In this document: positions 37,502 through 48,220 of the stretch, one piece after another | Layout of the letters: each line of letters starts with the position of its first letter | Numbering within the stretch: the first letter of the stretch is position 1 | From: an uncultured Lachnospiraceae bacterium | GTDB taxonomy: Bacteria; Bacillota; Clostridia; Lachnospirales; Lachnospiraceae | DNA length: 64,000 nucleotides | Direction: 5' to 3' | Assembly: GCA_910579645.1 (NCBI GenBank) | Contig: CAJTVK010000005.1 | Location: 703-64,702, forward strand | The notes under the pieces: generated by a model | The model's input: the letters and a program-made list of their open reading frames with translations, nothing else | What the model was told of the DNA's origin: nothing | Database searches by the model: none | Translations under genes and position numbers: made by a program

Positions 37502-39055
37502 CTATCCTTCCATTCCCTTTAAAATACTCCTTGCCACACTGATTCCGTTTGCCGAAGCCTGCTGCAGCCCTCTGGTCACGCCCGCGCCGTCCCCGATGGC
37601 ACGCAGCCCTTTGATGCTCGTCTCAAAATCCCGGTTCACCACCACCCGGTTAGAATAGAATTTCACTTCCACGCCGTACAGCAGCGTCTCGTCCGAAGCA
37701 ATGCCCGGCGTCACCTTATCCAAGGCTTCCAGCATTTCCTGAATGTCCACCATAATCCTATGGGGAAATACCAAGGACAAATCCCCCGGCACCGCATCCT
37801 TCAAGGTAGGAATCAGATTATTCCGGCACAGCCGTTCCTCCGTCGTCCTCCTGCCCCTCTTGAAATCCCCGAAGGTCTGTACCATAATCTTCCCTCCGCA
37901 AAGCATATTGGACAGCTGTGCAATCTGCTTTCCGTACTCAATAGGTGTTTTAAACGGCTTGGTGAAATTCTTGGACACCAGAATGGCAAAATTCGTATTA
38001 TTGGTCTTATAATCCTGTGCCTTATAGGCATGTCCGTTCACCACTGCAAGGCCGCCCTCATAATATTCCGTCGCCACCTCACCGGAAGGATTGGTGCAGA
38101 ATGTCCGCACCTTATCGTCGAAGGTAGGCGTATACAGCACCAGCTTTGCCTCGTACAGATTCTCGTTCAGATACTGCATGACCTCGTCCCGCACCTCCAC
38201 GCGCACGCCGATATCCACCGTGCCCGCTTTTGTCTCTATGCCGATTTCCTCACACTTGTCCTTAAACCAGTCCGCCCCTTCCCGGCCCACCGCGGAAACA
38301 ATCTCTTCCGCATAATAAGTCTCCCCTTTGTCGGTAACAACCCCTGTCGCCTTACCGTCTTCCACAAGAATCTGCTCCACCATCGTGTCGAAAAGCAGCG
38401 TAACCCCTTCCTCTTCCAGATGCTTCTGCAGCTTTGCGTAAATCTTATAGCCTTCCTCCGTCCCCAGATGACGGATCGGACATTCGATGAGTTTCAGGTT
38501 GGCATTGATTGCCGCTTTCCTTATTTCCCGTATTTCCTTCTCCTTATCTGCCCCGTAAACATTCTTATCCGCGCCGAATTTCAGATAAATGGCATCGGAT
38601 TCCCCGATTAACTCCATCGTCTCCTCATATCCCAAAATCGCCGGCAGATTGCCTCCCACATCCGGGGACAGCGACAGCTTTCCGTCCGAAAAAGCCCCCG
38701 CCCCGGCAAACCCCGTGGTAATGGAGCAGGGCTTACAGCCTACACATTGTTTCGTCACCCTTTTTGGGCAGTTCCTCTTCTCAATGGATCTCCCTTTCTC
38801 CACCACCAGCACCTTCAGTTCCTTCTTCCGATCCATCAGTTCATAAGCACAGAAAATGCCTCCCGGCCCTGCCCCTATAATTATCACGTCAAACTTATTT
38901 TCCATTCCGAATCCTTTCCTTTCCAATCCTTCCGTTCCCAATCCTTCCATCCCCAATCCTTCCGTTCCCAAGCCTTTCATCCCCAATCCTTCCTTTCCCA
39001 AGCCTTCCGTTCCCAATCCTTCCATCCCTAATCCTTCCTTTCCCAATCCTTCCAT
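37502..39055 (-). CDS. NAD(P)/FAD-dependent oxidoreductase (start 39055 or 38905)
   Basis: IIGAGPGG, GAGAFSDGKL, IGDGAGVTRG. Confidence 0.85.
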   Translation of the reverse strand: MEGLGKEGLGMEGLGTEGLGKEGLGMKGLGTEGLGMEGLGTEGLERKGFGMENKFDVIIIGAGPGGIFCAYELMDRKKELKVLVVEKGRSIEKRNCPKRVTKQCVGCKPCSITTGFAGAGAFSDGKLSLSPDVGGNLPAILGYEETMELIGESDAIYLKFGADKNVYGADKEKEIREIRKAAINANLKLIECPIRHLGTEEGYKIYAKLQKHLEEEGVTLLFDTMVEQILVEDGKATGVVTDKGETYYAEEIVSAVGREGADWFKDKCEEIGIETKAGTVDIGVRVEVRDEVMQYLNENLYEAKLVLYTPTFDDKVRTFCTNPSGEVATEYYEGGLAVVNGHAYKAQDYKTNNTNFAILVSKNFTKPFKTPIEYGKQIAQLSNMLCGGKIMVQTFGDFKRGRRTTEERLCRNNLIPTLKDAVPGDLSLVFPHRIMVDIQEMLEALDKVTPGIASDETLLYGVEVKFYSNRVVVNRDFETSIKGLRAIGDGAGVTRGLQQASANGISVARSILKGMEG

Positions 39056-39058
39056 CCC
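38901..39058. repeat. 15-bp tandem repeat, ~10 degenerate copies
   Basis: CCAATCCTTCC(G/A/T)T(T/C)C-like units encoding EGLG(M/T/K). Confidence 0.85.
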
Positions 39059-39088
39059 GGCCCCTTCCTTTCTTTTCCTACTCATTAA

Positions 39089-41692
39089 CTATACCACAAT
39101 CCGCACGCTGCTGCCCAAATTAGTTTTCGACACAACAATCTGTTTTTCTATCTTTTCGGACAATTCCGGCACATGGGAGATAATGCCGATGAGCCTGTCT
39201 TTTTCCACTAAGGACATCAGCGTCTGGCAGGCCTGCTCCAATGACTCCCCGTCCAGCGCGCCGAACCCTTCATCTATAAAAAGCGTATCCACCCGGATAC
39301 CGCCGCTATAGCTTTGCACCACATCGCTCATGCCAAGAGCCAGGGACAGAGATGCCTTGAAAGCTTCTCCGCCGGACAGAGTCTTCACCGAACGGTATTT
39401 CCCGGTGTAATAATCCAGCACGCGGATTTCCAGATTATCCTTTGTCCTTCCGTCGCTGATTTCCTCCAGGCGGGACAGTTCGTAACGTCCCCCTGACATT
39501 TTTGCCAGCCGGATATTGGCCGCCCTTAAAATTTCCTCAAAATATCCCGCCAGCACATACTGCTCAAACACCAGCCGCTTCCCGTTATTCCCGCTGGCCA
39601 TATTGTCCAAGTCCTTCACAATGCCGTATTCCTGCAGCAATTCACCGTGCTTTTTTTCTCTTTCCCTCAGTGATTTCTCGATTTTCCTTGCCTGCCGCAG
39701 ACTGTGGCTGCATTCGTTCAGCAATTTCAGTGCCTGCTGTTTTTCCTGCTTCTTTGTTTCCAGATCCTCCTTCTGCGCGGAAGTGTCTTCCGCCCTCTTC
39801 CCCTTAGTCTCTTCCTTCAGATGCCCCAACAGACTTTCCAGTTCCTGCTGTTTCTGATAAAATTCCCTGATTTTCTTTTCCAGTTCTTCCATTTCCTTCG
39901 GCCGGCGCAAGGCTTTCTTATACTTTTCCATGCTGCCGAAACCGGCTGCTTTATATTGGCAGGAAAAACCGGCTTCCAGTTCTTCCTTTTTCTTCTTCTG
40001 CGCCGCAAAGGCCGTTTTGTCTTCCTCCAGTCTCTTGGCCATTTCCTTCTGCCTTGCCTGCAGCCTTTCATATTCCGATACCAGCTCTTCAAAGGCTTCC
40101 TCCGTCATGTCCTCCGTCACGGAGCGGATGGTTTTGGGCAGCTTTCTTTTCCTTCTGCCGTAATCTTTTTCCTTCCCTTCCCACTCCTTCTTCTGCTCCT
40201 CACAGACGGCCGCCTGTGCCCGGCAGGCCGCCGCCTCCCCATGGATTTCCATCAGCCGCTTCTGCTCTTTTTCATAAGCCTGCCGCAGCTTCCGCAGGCT
40301 TTCCTCGTCCGGCACGCCGCTGTCCGTCTCTGCCACACGGGGATGCTCCCTGGAACCGCATACCGGGCAGGGTTCCCCTTCCCTGACCTGCCTCGCCACA
40401 ATGCCCACTACGGCACGCTTATAAGCCAAATCCGCCGATTCGTATGCCCGCTTCTTCTCACCGGCAGCTTCCTCCTGCCCTAAATAACTTCCCTGCAAAG
40501 CTTCCAGTTCTCCCTGCTTCACGGCCAGAGCCCGTTCGGCTTCTTCCAGCCCCTTTCTGCTTTCTTCGTAAACGGCGGTTATCCGGTACCCCTCTCTGAC
40601 TGCTTCCCTTCTTTCATAATAAGAACGCAGTTCCTTCTCCTTTCCGGAAAGCATGCGCAGTTCTTCCTCCCCCTTCCGCACCCGTTCCTTCTTATCCTCC
40701 AAAAGGGCTGCCGCATGTTCCATATACAGATAAGGCTCTTTCAGCGCGTCGGCCTCTCTGGCATTTTTCAATTCCTTCTCGGCCTCCCGGATGCCGGCCT
40801 TTTTCTCTTTCAGTCCCTCTTTCTCTTTCCTGAGTATTTCTATCCGTTCCAGCTTGGCGTTGACTTTCTCCGCTTCCGCAAGATGTTCCGACAGACGGAG
40901 GATCTCCCGCTCCAAATCCCCATGTCTTTTTTCCGCCTCCGCCAGCCTAGCCTTATATTCCTTCCCCCTGCCTTCCAGCCAGGAAAGAACCTCCCCGAAA
41001 TTCAAGTTCTCCCCTTCCGGCCACTGTTCTTCCCCCTCCATACGCAGCATATGCACATCCTCTTCCATCCGGTGCCGGTATTCCATCACCTGCCGGTACA
41101 ATTCCCCGGAGCGGCTCCGCAGGACGGCTGCAAAACGGTCATAGACCGAGGTGGAGAAAATCTCCCTGAAAATCTTCGTTTTTTCCGACGGGGACGCGGT
41201 CAGCAGCCTTGCAAATTCTCCTTGGGCTATCATGGAAATCTGCTTAAACTGTCTGTAATCCAGTACAAGTATTTCCTGCATTTTACGGTTTACCTCGCTG
41301 ACGCCTTCCACTACGCCGCCGTCCGGCAGATAAAGCCTGGCCCGCTCTTTCTCCTTTGTGAAACTGCTTTTCCCTCCCTTTTTCTTTTTCGGGCGCATAT
41401 ATTCCGGATTCCGCTCAATCCGGTACTTCCTGCCGCCGTGCTGCATGGACAGTTCCACAAACGTAGCCGTATCCTCTTGCGCAAAATCGCTGCGCACGCT
41501 GTTCTTCTCCCGCACTTCACCGCTCATGTTCCCGTATAAGGCATAAGTGACCGCATCGAACAGCGTAGTCTTCCCTGCTCCGGTAGGGCCGGTAATCAGG
41601 AACAGCCCCCGTTCCTGCAGCCCGGCAAAATCTATCTCGATCCGCCCTTTGTAAGGCCCCCAGCCGGAAAGCACCAGTTTCTCAGGCTTCAT
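39089..41692 (-). CDS. sbcC: SbcC SMC-like ATPase
   Basis: GPTGAGKT, CPVCG hook, LSGGE, DEGFG. Confidence 0.92.
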   Translation of the reverse strand: MKPEKLVLSGWGPYKGRIEIDFAGLQERGLFLITGPTGAGKTTLFDAVTYALYGNMSGEVREKNSVRSDFAQEDTATFVELSMQHGGRKYRIERNPEYMRPKKKKGGKSSFTKEKERARLYLPDGGVVEGVSEVNRKMQEILVLDYRQFKQISMIAQGEFARLLTASPSEKTKIFREIFSTSVYDRFAAVLRSRSGELYRQVMEYRHRMEEDVHMLRMEGEEQWPEGENLNFGEVLSWLEGRGKEYKARLAEAEKRHGDLEREILRLSEHLAEAEKVNAKLERIEILRKEKEGLKEKKAGIREAEKELKNAREADALKEPYLYMEHAAALLEDKKERVRKGEEELRMLSGKEKELRSYYERREAVREGYRITAVYEESRKGLEEAERALAVKQGELEALQGSYLGQEEAAGEKKRAYESADLAYKRAVVGIVARQVREGEPCPVCGSREHPRVAETDSGVPDEESLRKLRQAYEKEQKRLMEIHGEAAACRAQAAVCEEQKKEWEGKEKDYGRRKRKLPKTIRSVTEDMTEEAFEELVSEYERLQARQKEMAKRLEEDKTAFAAQKKKKEELEAGFSCQYKAAGFGSMEKYKKALRRPKEMEELEKKIREFYQKQQELESLLGHLKEETKGKRAEDTSAQKEDLETKKQEKQQALKLLNECSHSLRQARKIEKSLREREKKHGELLQEYGIVKDLDNMASGNNGKRLVFEQYVLAGYFEEILRAANIRLAKMSGGRYELSRLEEISDGRTKDNLEIRVLDYYTGKYRSVKTLSGGEAFKASLSLALGMSDVVQSYSGGIRVDTLFIDEGFGALDGESLEQACQTLMSLVEKDRLIGIISHVPELSEKIEKQIVVSKTNLGSSVRIVV

Positions 41693-42830
41693 ACTCTTCC
41701 TCCTCCGCTGCCTTTGCCGCTTCCTCAATCAGCTCCATCCGCCGCCTGTCCGGCTCTTCTCCCCGGACCATCGCATAAAAATCATGGAAAAGTTCCGGAA
41801 TGCTCTTCTTTCTCTCCTTCGGCCGGGTCAGAACTTCCTCCCCTTCCCTTTTCCTATTCTTTGCCAAAATAATCTGCATCATATTAGGATATACTGTCCG
41901 CAATGTGCCGATGGGGTCAATCAGTTCATCCTCGTCCGTCAATTCCGCCTGTATATAATCCATGCTGTCTGCCGCCGATACAATTTCCGGCTTCATCAGT
42001 TCGGCCATTTTCCCCCGTATCTTGCGCAGTCCGTGCAGCGGCTGCAGAGGAATCCGTTCTGCCGATACCTGCCCCTTCTCTTTTATCTCCACAAAATTCA
42101 CATATTTTGTCTGTCCCGCTTCGGAAAAGGAATACGCCAAAGAAGCCCCGGCATAGTACACCTGTCCCTCCCCTATTTTCTGAGACTTGTGGATATGCCC
42201 CAGCGCCACATAATCAAATCCGCGGAAAAGCGAAGCCTCCACGTTATCCAGGCCTCCTACATGGATCGTAGTCTCCCCGTCGGAAAGTTCCGGTTCCCTT
42301 CCGTTGTCCGTAACAAAATAGTGCGTCACCAACACCCTCCGCCCCGTCTCCGGCGCTGTCTCCCCGTCCCAATATTCGGCCAGTATATTCTCCACCGCCT
42401 CTGCGCTGGTTCTTGCCTCTGCCTGTGCCGGCTTCACAAAAGGCAGCAGCACAAAAGAAATTTCCCCGAACGCATCCTCCAGACAGACCCGTCTCACGTT
42501 TCCCCGATACAGACCCGCAATGGATATTCCCTGCTTTTCCAAAATTTCTTCCGCAAAGCTGAGTCTTTCCGGGGAATCATGGTTCCCGCTGACCATCAGC
42601 ACCTTCAGTCCCGCCTCCGCCGTTTCCTGCAGAAATTCCCCCAATGCCGTTACCGCTTCCGCGGAGGGAATGGCACGGTCGTAAATATCCCCGGCCAAGA
42701 CAAGCGCATCCGCCTTTTTGCTCCGGGCAATTTCCAAAATCTGCCTCAGTATATGACGCTGATCCTCCAACATGGAAAAATCATTGATTACTTTGCCGAT
42801 ATGCAAATCACCAGTATGTATAAATCTCAT
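41682..42830 (-). CDS. sbcD: SbcD nuclease
   Basis: DLHIG, GDIYD, GNHDS, ALGHIH. Confidence 0.92.
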   Translation of the reverse strand: MRFIHTGDLHIGKVINDFSMLEDQRHILRQILEIARSKKADALVLAGDIYDRAIPSAEAVTALGEFLQETAEAGLKVLMVSGNHDSPERLSFAEEILEKQGISIAGLYRGNVRRVCLEDAFGEISFVLLPFVKPAQAEARTSAEAVENILAEYWDGETAPETGRRVLVTHYFVTDNGREPELSDGETTIHVGGLDNVEASLFRGFDYVALGHIHKSQKIGEGQVYYAGASLAYSFSEAGQTKYVNFVEIKEKGQVSAERIPLQPLHGLRKIRGKMAELMKPEIVSAADSMDYIQAELTDEDELIDPIGTLRTVYPNMMQIILAKNRKREGEEVLTRPKERKKSIPELFHDFYAMVRGEEPDRRRMELIEEAAKAAEEEEYEA

Positions 42831-43612
42831 TACAGCTCCCCCGCGCCGATGCCGCCCATAGGCTTCCCTTCCTTTGTAAACCAACCGTCGCCGTTTGTCA
42901 GCACATAATCCTCCCCGTTACGCAAAGCTGCCATAAAATCCTCCATGGACTTCATCCGGCGGCGGAATGCCATGCCGCCCCCAAGCAGCGAAGTACTGTG
43001 GATATCCGAGCCTGCCGTCATGAAAAGCCCGTGTTCCTTTGCATAGGCAATGGCCCGCCTGTCATAAGCCGGGTCGTTATGTGCCGTGCTTCTGCTGCCG
43101 GAGTGCGTGGCATTTATCCCTTCCACGCCGTCCACATATTCCGGATACAGCCGGATTTCCGGTATATAACTCTCTTCCCGGAACGGATGGGCATGGACTA
43201 CCATCCCGCCCCCTGCATGCACAATCCTATACTGTTCCTCCACCGTCGCCGTTTTCAGTTCCGGATGACGCAGCATAAAGGATGCCTCCAGACCGTAAAT
43301 CAGAAATTCCGTTCCCCGGTAACCTGCTTCATATCCGAAAAATACGTCCAGCCCGATCCGCTGTCCCATAGCTGCCGCATCCTCATATCCCTTTGCAAAC
43401 TCTTCCACCCAGTTTTTCCAAGGCAGCCTCCGGTTCACCGCCGTGTTGCCGCCCCAATTGTGATCCGTCACTATGATTCCCGCATACCCTGCCTTTTTGC
43501 AGGCCCTCGCCATCTCTGCGCCGGTATAGTGGGCGCAGGCACTGGCCTGCGAAGTATGCAGATGCGTTTCGTATAAATAAGGGTAATCTTCCAACAGTTT
43601 TATGCCCATCAC
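42830..43612 (-). CDS. PHP-domain phosphoesterase
   Basis: HLHT, TDHN, AHPFR, GSDIH. Confidence 0.85.
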   Translation of the reverse strand: MMGIKLLEDYPYLYETHLHTSQASACAHYTGAEMARACKKAGYAGIIVTDHNWGGNTAVNRRLPWKNWVEEFAKGYEDAAAMGQRIGLDVFFGYEAGYRGTEFLIYGLEASFMLRHPELKTATVEEQYRIVHAGGGMVVHAHPFREESYIPEIRLYPEYVDGVEGINATHSGSRSTAHNDPAYDRRAIAYAKEHGLFMTAGSDIHSTSLLGGGMAFRRRMKSMEDFMAALRNGEDYVLTNGDGWFTKEGKPMGGIGAGEL

Positions 43613-43624
43613 TTACCTCCTTAA

Positions 43625-43778
43625 GAACTGTTAAGAAATAACTTTTCAATAGTGCGCAGGATTTTTCTTCGAGAGTGCCACTCAAAAATCAGGCGCATAG
43701 CGGGCTATGTAACTGATTTTTGAGTGATACTATCGGAGAAAAAGACAAGCAATATGAAAAGTTATTTCTTGACAGTTC
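43625..43778. repeat. MITE-like long hairpin element
   Basis: Terminal IR GAACTGTTAAGAAATAACTTTTCA / TGAAAAGTTATTTCTTGACAGTTC; inner IR CACTCAAAAATCAG. Confidence 0.75.
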
Positions 43779-43828
43779 CGCCCCCTATAAGCGGAATAAG
43801 TCCCCGACATAATCGGGAACTTATTTTG

Positions 43829-44605
43829 TCACATCTTTTCATAAAAAAAGGAATTCTTTCTTGCATAGCCAATATCTTTATAATTAATAATCTGCTCCGT
43901 GCTGCCGATAAACAGCACCCCTTTGTTAGCCAATGACTTATGGAACTTGACAAACACCTCATCCTTGGCTTCTTCCGTAAAATAAATCAGCACATTCCGG
44001 CAGACAATCATCTGCCAGCCTTCCCCGTAACTGTCCTTCAGGAGATTATGCTGGCTGAATTCCACCCGCCTCTTTACCTCTTCCGATATCTGATACGACA
44101 AACCCACTTTCGTAAAAAACTTCTTTTTCAGATCATCCGGCACACTGGCAATGCTCTTGTCATTGTATAAACCAACTTTTGCTTTTGCAATCACCTGTTT
44201 ATCCAAATCGGTCGCATGGATTTTTATCTGATCCAACGGAATATGCCGCGACAGTGCCATCACAAGGGAATATGGCTCGTCGCCTGTGGAACATGCAGCA
44301 CTCCATATTTTCAGATGTTTTCCGAATTTTCCGATAAGCCCCGGTATGATTTCCTGATCCATTACCCGCCACTGGTCAGGATTACGGTAGAATTCCGACA
44401 CATTGATGGTAAGATAATTTATAAATTCTTCGAACTTGGTATTATTTCCCTTAATAAATGCAATATACTTATCGTATCCGGATACGCCGTTTTTCGATAT
44501 CAATGTATCAATACGGCGTTTCATCTGTTTTTCCTTGTAAGCATTTAAGTCAATCTTCGTAAGGTCATATACTGCATTCTTAAACCATTCATAATCACAT
44601 GCCAT
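43829..44605 (-). CDS. cheR: CheR-family methyltransferase
   Basis: TINVSEFYR, IWSAACSTGDEPYS, CRNVLIYF. Confidence 0.9.
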   Translation of the reverse strand: MACDYEWFKNAVYDLTKIDLNAYKEKQMKRRIDTLISKNGVSGYDKYIAFIKGNNTKFEEFINYLTINVSEFYRNPDQWRVMDQEIIPGLIGKFGKHLKIWSAACSTGDEPYSLVMALSRHIPLDQIKIHATDLDKQVIAKAKVGLYNDKSIASVPDDLKKKFFTKVGLSYQISEEVKRRVEFSQHNLLKDSYGEGWQMIVCRNVLIYFTEEAKDEVFVKFHKSLANKGVLFIGSTEQIINYKDIGYARKNSFFYEKM

Positions 44606-44749
44606 GTCATTTACCTGCCGCTATTCATATTTAATGATAACACATTTAATGATAATCCAAATACACCCCGGAAATGTCAGGAGCAGCCGTCCCGGCATTT
44701 CCGGAATAACCGTTACTATTTACTTTGTGAACCGTAAGGAATCACCTGC

Positions 44750-45895
44750 TTATTCCTCTGTACCTTCTTCCTGCTCATTAGCAATCACTGCGTCAATATC
44801 CACGGAAACAACATCTTCCTCCGCTGCCGCTTCCTTCTGCTCCTGCGCAAGCATAGCTTTCACGCTTAAGCTTATTTTCCTGTCTTCATTGTTGAAGTCA
44901 ACTACTTTAGCCGTCACTTCATCGCCGATTTTCAGCACGTCCGCAGGCTTTTCAATATGTTCTTTGGAAATCTGGGACACATGAAGCAGTGCGTCCACTC
45001 CCGGCTCCAATTCCACGAATGCGCCGAAATCAGTCATCCTTGCCACTTTTCCGGTAACTACGTTGCCTACCGCATATTTCTCTGCGGCATCCTTCCAAGG
45101 ATTCTGGTCTTCGAATTTAAGGCTGAGGGCAATCTTGCTGCCGGAAATTTCCTTAATGAGCACTTTCAGTTTCTCGCCCACTTTGAATACTTTCTTCGGG
45201 TTCTCCACTCTGCCCCAAGACATTTCGGAGATATGAAGCAGGCCGTCTGCGCCGCCCAAGTCGATGAATGCGCCGAAATCGGTCACATTCTTTACCACGC
45301 CTTCCACGGTGTCCCCTTCGCTGATGGATTCAAACAGTTTCTTCTGAAGTTCTGCTTTTTCGGCAAGAATCAGCTGCTTACGGTCGCCGATATATCTTCT
45401 TCTCTTAGGATTATATTCACTGATGACAAATTGGATTTCCTGTCCTGCATATTTGGTCAGATCCTTTTCATATACGTCCGACACAAGGCTGGCAGGGATA
45501 AATATCCTGACTTCCTCCACCACTACGCTCAGGCCGCCGTCCAATACCTGCGCCACTTTTGCGGTAAGCACTTCCCTGTTGTTGTACGCTTCCTCAATTC
45601 TCTTGTTCCCTCTGTCTGCGGCGAGCCTTTTGTAAGTAAGAAGAACCTGTCCTTCGCCGTCGTTTACTTTAAGAACCTTCACCTCCATGGTGTCGCCAGG
45701 TTTGGCAATTGTCGTAAGGTCTACGTTAGGCTCGTTGGTATATTCGTGCCTTGTTAAAATACCGTCTGATTTATAGCCGATGTTGAGAATAATCTCTTCA
45801 GGTTTTACATCGATGACTGTACCTTCAACTACCTCTCCTGCATGTATTGTCTTAAATGATTCTTCTAACATTTGTTCAAAAGTTAATTCTGACAT
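44750..45895 (-). CDS. rpsA: 30S ribosomal protein S1
   Basis: Repeated S1 domains (DFGAFIDLGGADGLLHISE). Confidence 0.92.
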   Translation of the reverse strand: MSELTFEQMLEESFKTIHAGEVVEGTVIDVKPEEIILNIGYKSDGILTRHEYTNEPNVDLTTIAKPGDTMEVKVLKVNDGEGQVLLTYKRLAADRGNKRIEEAYNNREVLTAKVAQVLDGGLSVVVEEVRIFIPASLVSDVYEKDLTKYAGQEIQFVISEYNPKRRRYIGDRKQLILAEKAELQKKLFESISEGDTVEGVVKNVTDFGAFIDLGGADGLLHISEMSWGRVENPKKVFKVGEKLKVLIKEISGSKIALSLKFEDQNPWKDAAEKYAVGNVVTGKVARMTDFGAFVELEPGVDALLHVSQISKEHIEKPADVLKIGDEVTAKVVDFNNEDRKISLSVKAMLAQEQKEAAAEEDVVSVDIDAVIANEQEEGTEE

Positions 45896-46742
45896 AATTT
45901 TGAACCTCCTCGATTATATTGTTTGGGGTCGATGCCCCGGCAGTAATACCGACCGATGAAGCAGCTTTAGGTAGTTCTAAACGCAAGTCATCCAATGTCT
46001 GTATAAAATAGGTAGATTCACACTCTTCCTTACAGATATCGTATAACTTTCTTGAGTTGGAACTGTGTGCATCTCCTATTACAATCATACTTCCAACCTG
46101 AGACGCAATCTGCCTCGCCTCAGTCTGCCTTTCTTCCGTTGCGTTACATATAGTATTCACAACAATACCATTGTAACCTCTTTTCAAAAAAATTTCAACT
46201 AATTCTTTAAATTTGTTGTAGTTAAATGTCGTTTGGGACACAATAAACCATTCCCGGTCTTTCAAAGCAAGATTTTTTTCATCCTCCGCAAAAGCTTTGG
46301 CCTCTTCCGCCGACTCAATGACCACCGCATCCGAAGCCGCCCAGCCCCGTATGCCCTCCACTTCCGGATGTCCCGGATTGCCTATGATAATCAGCCGCTT
46401 TCCCGCACCGCTTTCTTTTTCCGCAATGTTATGGATTCTTTTCACGAAAGGACAGGTCGCGTCCACGCATTCCAGCCCCCGCGCTTCAATCGCCTCATAA
46501 ATCTCCTTGGCCACGCCGTGAGAGCGTATTACAACCGTCCCCTCCGTGACCTGTTCCAATTCCTCCTTCCCGTTTATTACCGTAACACCTTTTTTCTCCA
46601 AGTCCCTGACCACTTCTCCGTTATGGATAATCGGCCCGTAAGTATAAATCTTCTTTCCTTTTTTGGTCTGTTCATATACTTTTTCCACGGCACGCTTCAC
46701 GCCGAAACAAAACCCTGCGCTTTTGGCAACTGTCACTTCCAT
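45876..46742 (-). CDS. ispH: 4-hydroxy-3-methylbut-2-enyl diphosphate reductase
   Basis: GFCFGV, DATCPFV, TICNAT, ITAGASTP. Confidence 0.95.
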   Translation of the reverse strand: MEVTVAKSAGFCFGVKRAVEKVYEQTKKGKKIYTYGPIIHNGEVVRDLEKKGVTVINGKEELEQVTEGTVVIRSHGVAKEIYEAIEARGLECVDATCPFVKRIHNIAEKESGAGKRLIIIGNPGHPEVEGIRGWAASDAVVIESAEEAKAFAEDEKNLALKDREWFIVSQTTFNYNKFKELVEIFLKRGYNGIVVNTICNATEERQTEARQIASQVGSMIVIGDAHSSNSRKLYDICKEECESTYFIQTLDDLRLELPKAASSVGITAGASTPNNIIEEVQNYVRINF

Positions 46743-46853
46743 TTTTCCGATTCCTTTCCCCGGTACTCCATCCGGCCTGCCCTGCCTCTGCCTGTTCCGC
46801 ACGGCTGCCGCGTTAAAATTTCCGGCCGCAGCACCGCATCTCCATGAAATTTT

Positions 46854-47510
46854 TTACCTGCACAGTGAAATGATTTTTTCCACTACTTCATCCACATCCA
46901 TCTCGGAGGAATCCACAAGTACCGCATCCTCCGCCTGACGCAGCGGCGAAATCTCCCGATTCATGTCCCTCTCGTCCCGCTCGATGATATCTTTCTCTAT
47001 CTGCGCAAGGTCACAGCTTTCCCCTCTCGCCCGCAGTTCCTCATATCTTCTCATGGCACGGACCCTGCTGCTGGCCGTCAGATATACCTTCACGTCGGCA
47101 TCCGGAAGCACACAGGTACCGATATCCCTGCCGTCCATAACCACATCCGCATTTTTGGCCAGAAGCTGCTGCAATTCCACCAGCTTCTTCCTCACCTCCG
47201 GATTGGTACTGCAGACAGAAGTCATATTCCCTACTTCTTCCGTCCGGATAAAGCCGTTTACGTTTTCCCCGTTCAGAAAGACTACCTGCTCCCCGTCCAC
47301 ATAGGAAATCGTAATATCCGCTTCCTTACATTTCTCGCCGATCTGCTGCTGATCCTCTTTCCCGATTCCGCTGCGCAGGAAATAAAGCCCCATGGCACGG
47401 TACATTGCGCCCGTGTCCACATAAATAAATTTCTTCTCCTTGGCTATTCGCTTCGCTATCGTGCTCTTCCCCGCCCCGGCAGGGCCGTCTATCGCAATAT
47501 TGTAACTCAT
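46854..47510 (-). CDS. cmk: Cytidylate kinase
   Basis: IAIDGPAGAGKST, DTGAMYR, DGRDIGT. Confidence 0.95.
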   Translation of the reverse strand: MSYNIAIDGPAGAGKSTIAKRIAKEKKFIYVDTGAMYRAMGLYFLRSGIGKEDQQQIGEKCKEADITISYVDGEQVVFLNGENVNGFIRTEEVGNMTSVCSTNPEVRKKLVELQQLLAKNADVVMDGRDIGTCVLPDADVKVYLTASSRVRAMRRYEELRARGESCDLAQIEKDIIERDERDMNREISPLRQAEDAVLVDSSEMDVDEVVEKIISLCR

Positions 47511-47617
47511 GGCAATCTCCTTTCAGATTAGACTATTCTATTCCTTATCCTATTTCCTTAGGCAGCCGGCCAAACAGTTCCCAAAGCCAACGTTTCATTG
47601 GTTTGGCCATTTGGCGG

Positions 47618-48202
47618 CTACAGCCAGACCCTTGCTTTTTTATCGTACAAATCCCGGCATAAAATATATTTTTTTTCGGTAACCGCTATGCCCAGCCGCT
47701 CCAGATACTTTTCCTCTTCCTCCACAAAACAAAACCCGCATTTTTCTATCACCCGCCGCGACCGGGAATTTGCCGAAAAATGACAGACGGTAAGAGCCTC
47801 CAAGCCGTATTCCCCGAAAGAGGTTTTTATCACTTCCGACACGGCTTCCGTCATCAGTCCCTGCCCCCAATACTCTTTCGAGAGCACATAACCGATTTCC
47901 TTTAGTTTAAGATTTCTATATTCCGGAACCTCATTTGCCCAAGACCTGTGCAGCCCGAAAGAACCGATGACTTTATTGTTCTGCCTGCAGACAATGGCAA
48001 AGACCTCTTCCTCGTCTATGAAAGACCGCAGAATCTCCTCCGAAACCTGTCTTGACTCATGATGCCTCCATCCTGCCATCTCCCCTACGCCCTCCACGGA
48101 AGCATATTCATAAAAATCATCCACATCCGCTTCTGTCCAAGGACGCAGAACCAAACGCTCCGTTTCTATCCTTTTATCCGATACGGGTATCCGCACCTCC
48201 AT
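47618..48202 (-). CDS. GNAT N-acetyltransferase (RimJ/RimL type)
   Basis: IETERLVLRP, EIGY.L...WGQG, N..S.RVIEKCGF. Confidence 0.88.
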   Translation of the reverse strand: MEVRIPVSDKRIETERLVLRPWTEADVDDFYEYASVEGVGEMAGWRHHESRQVSEEILRSFIDEEEVFAIVCRQNNKVIGSFGLHRSWANEVPEYRNLKLKEIGYVLSKEYWGQGLMTEAVSEVIKTSFGEYGLEALTVCHFSANSRSRRVIEKCGFCFVEEEEKYLERLGIAVTEKKYILCRDLYDKKARVWL

Positions 48203-48220
48203 AGTTACGGCCTCCTTCTC

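Noticed and set aside
38901..39058. Possible CRISPR array
   Set aside because: Contiguous 15-bp units without spacers; no cas genes
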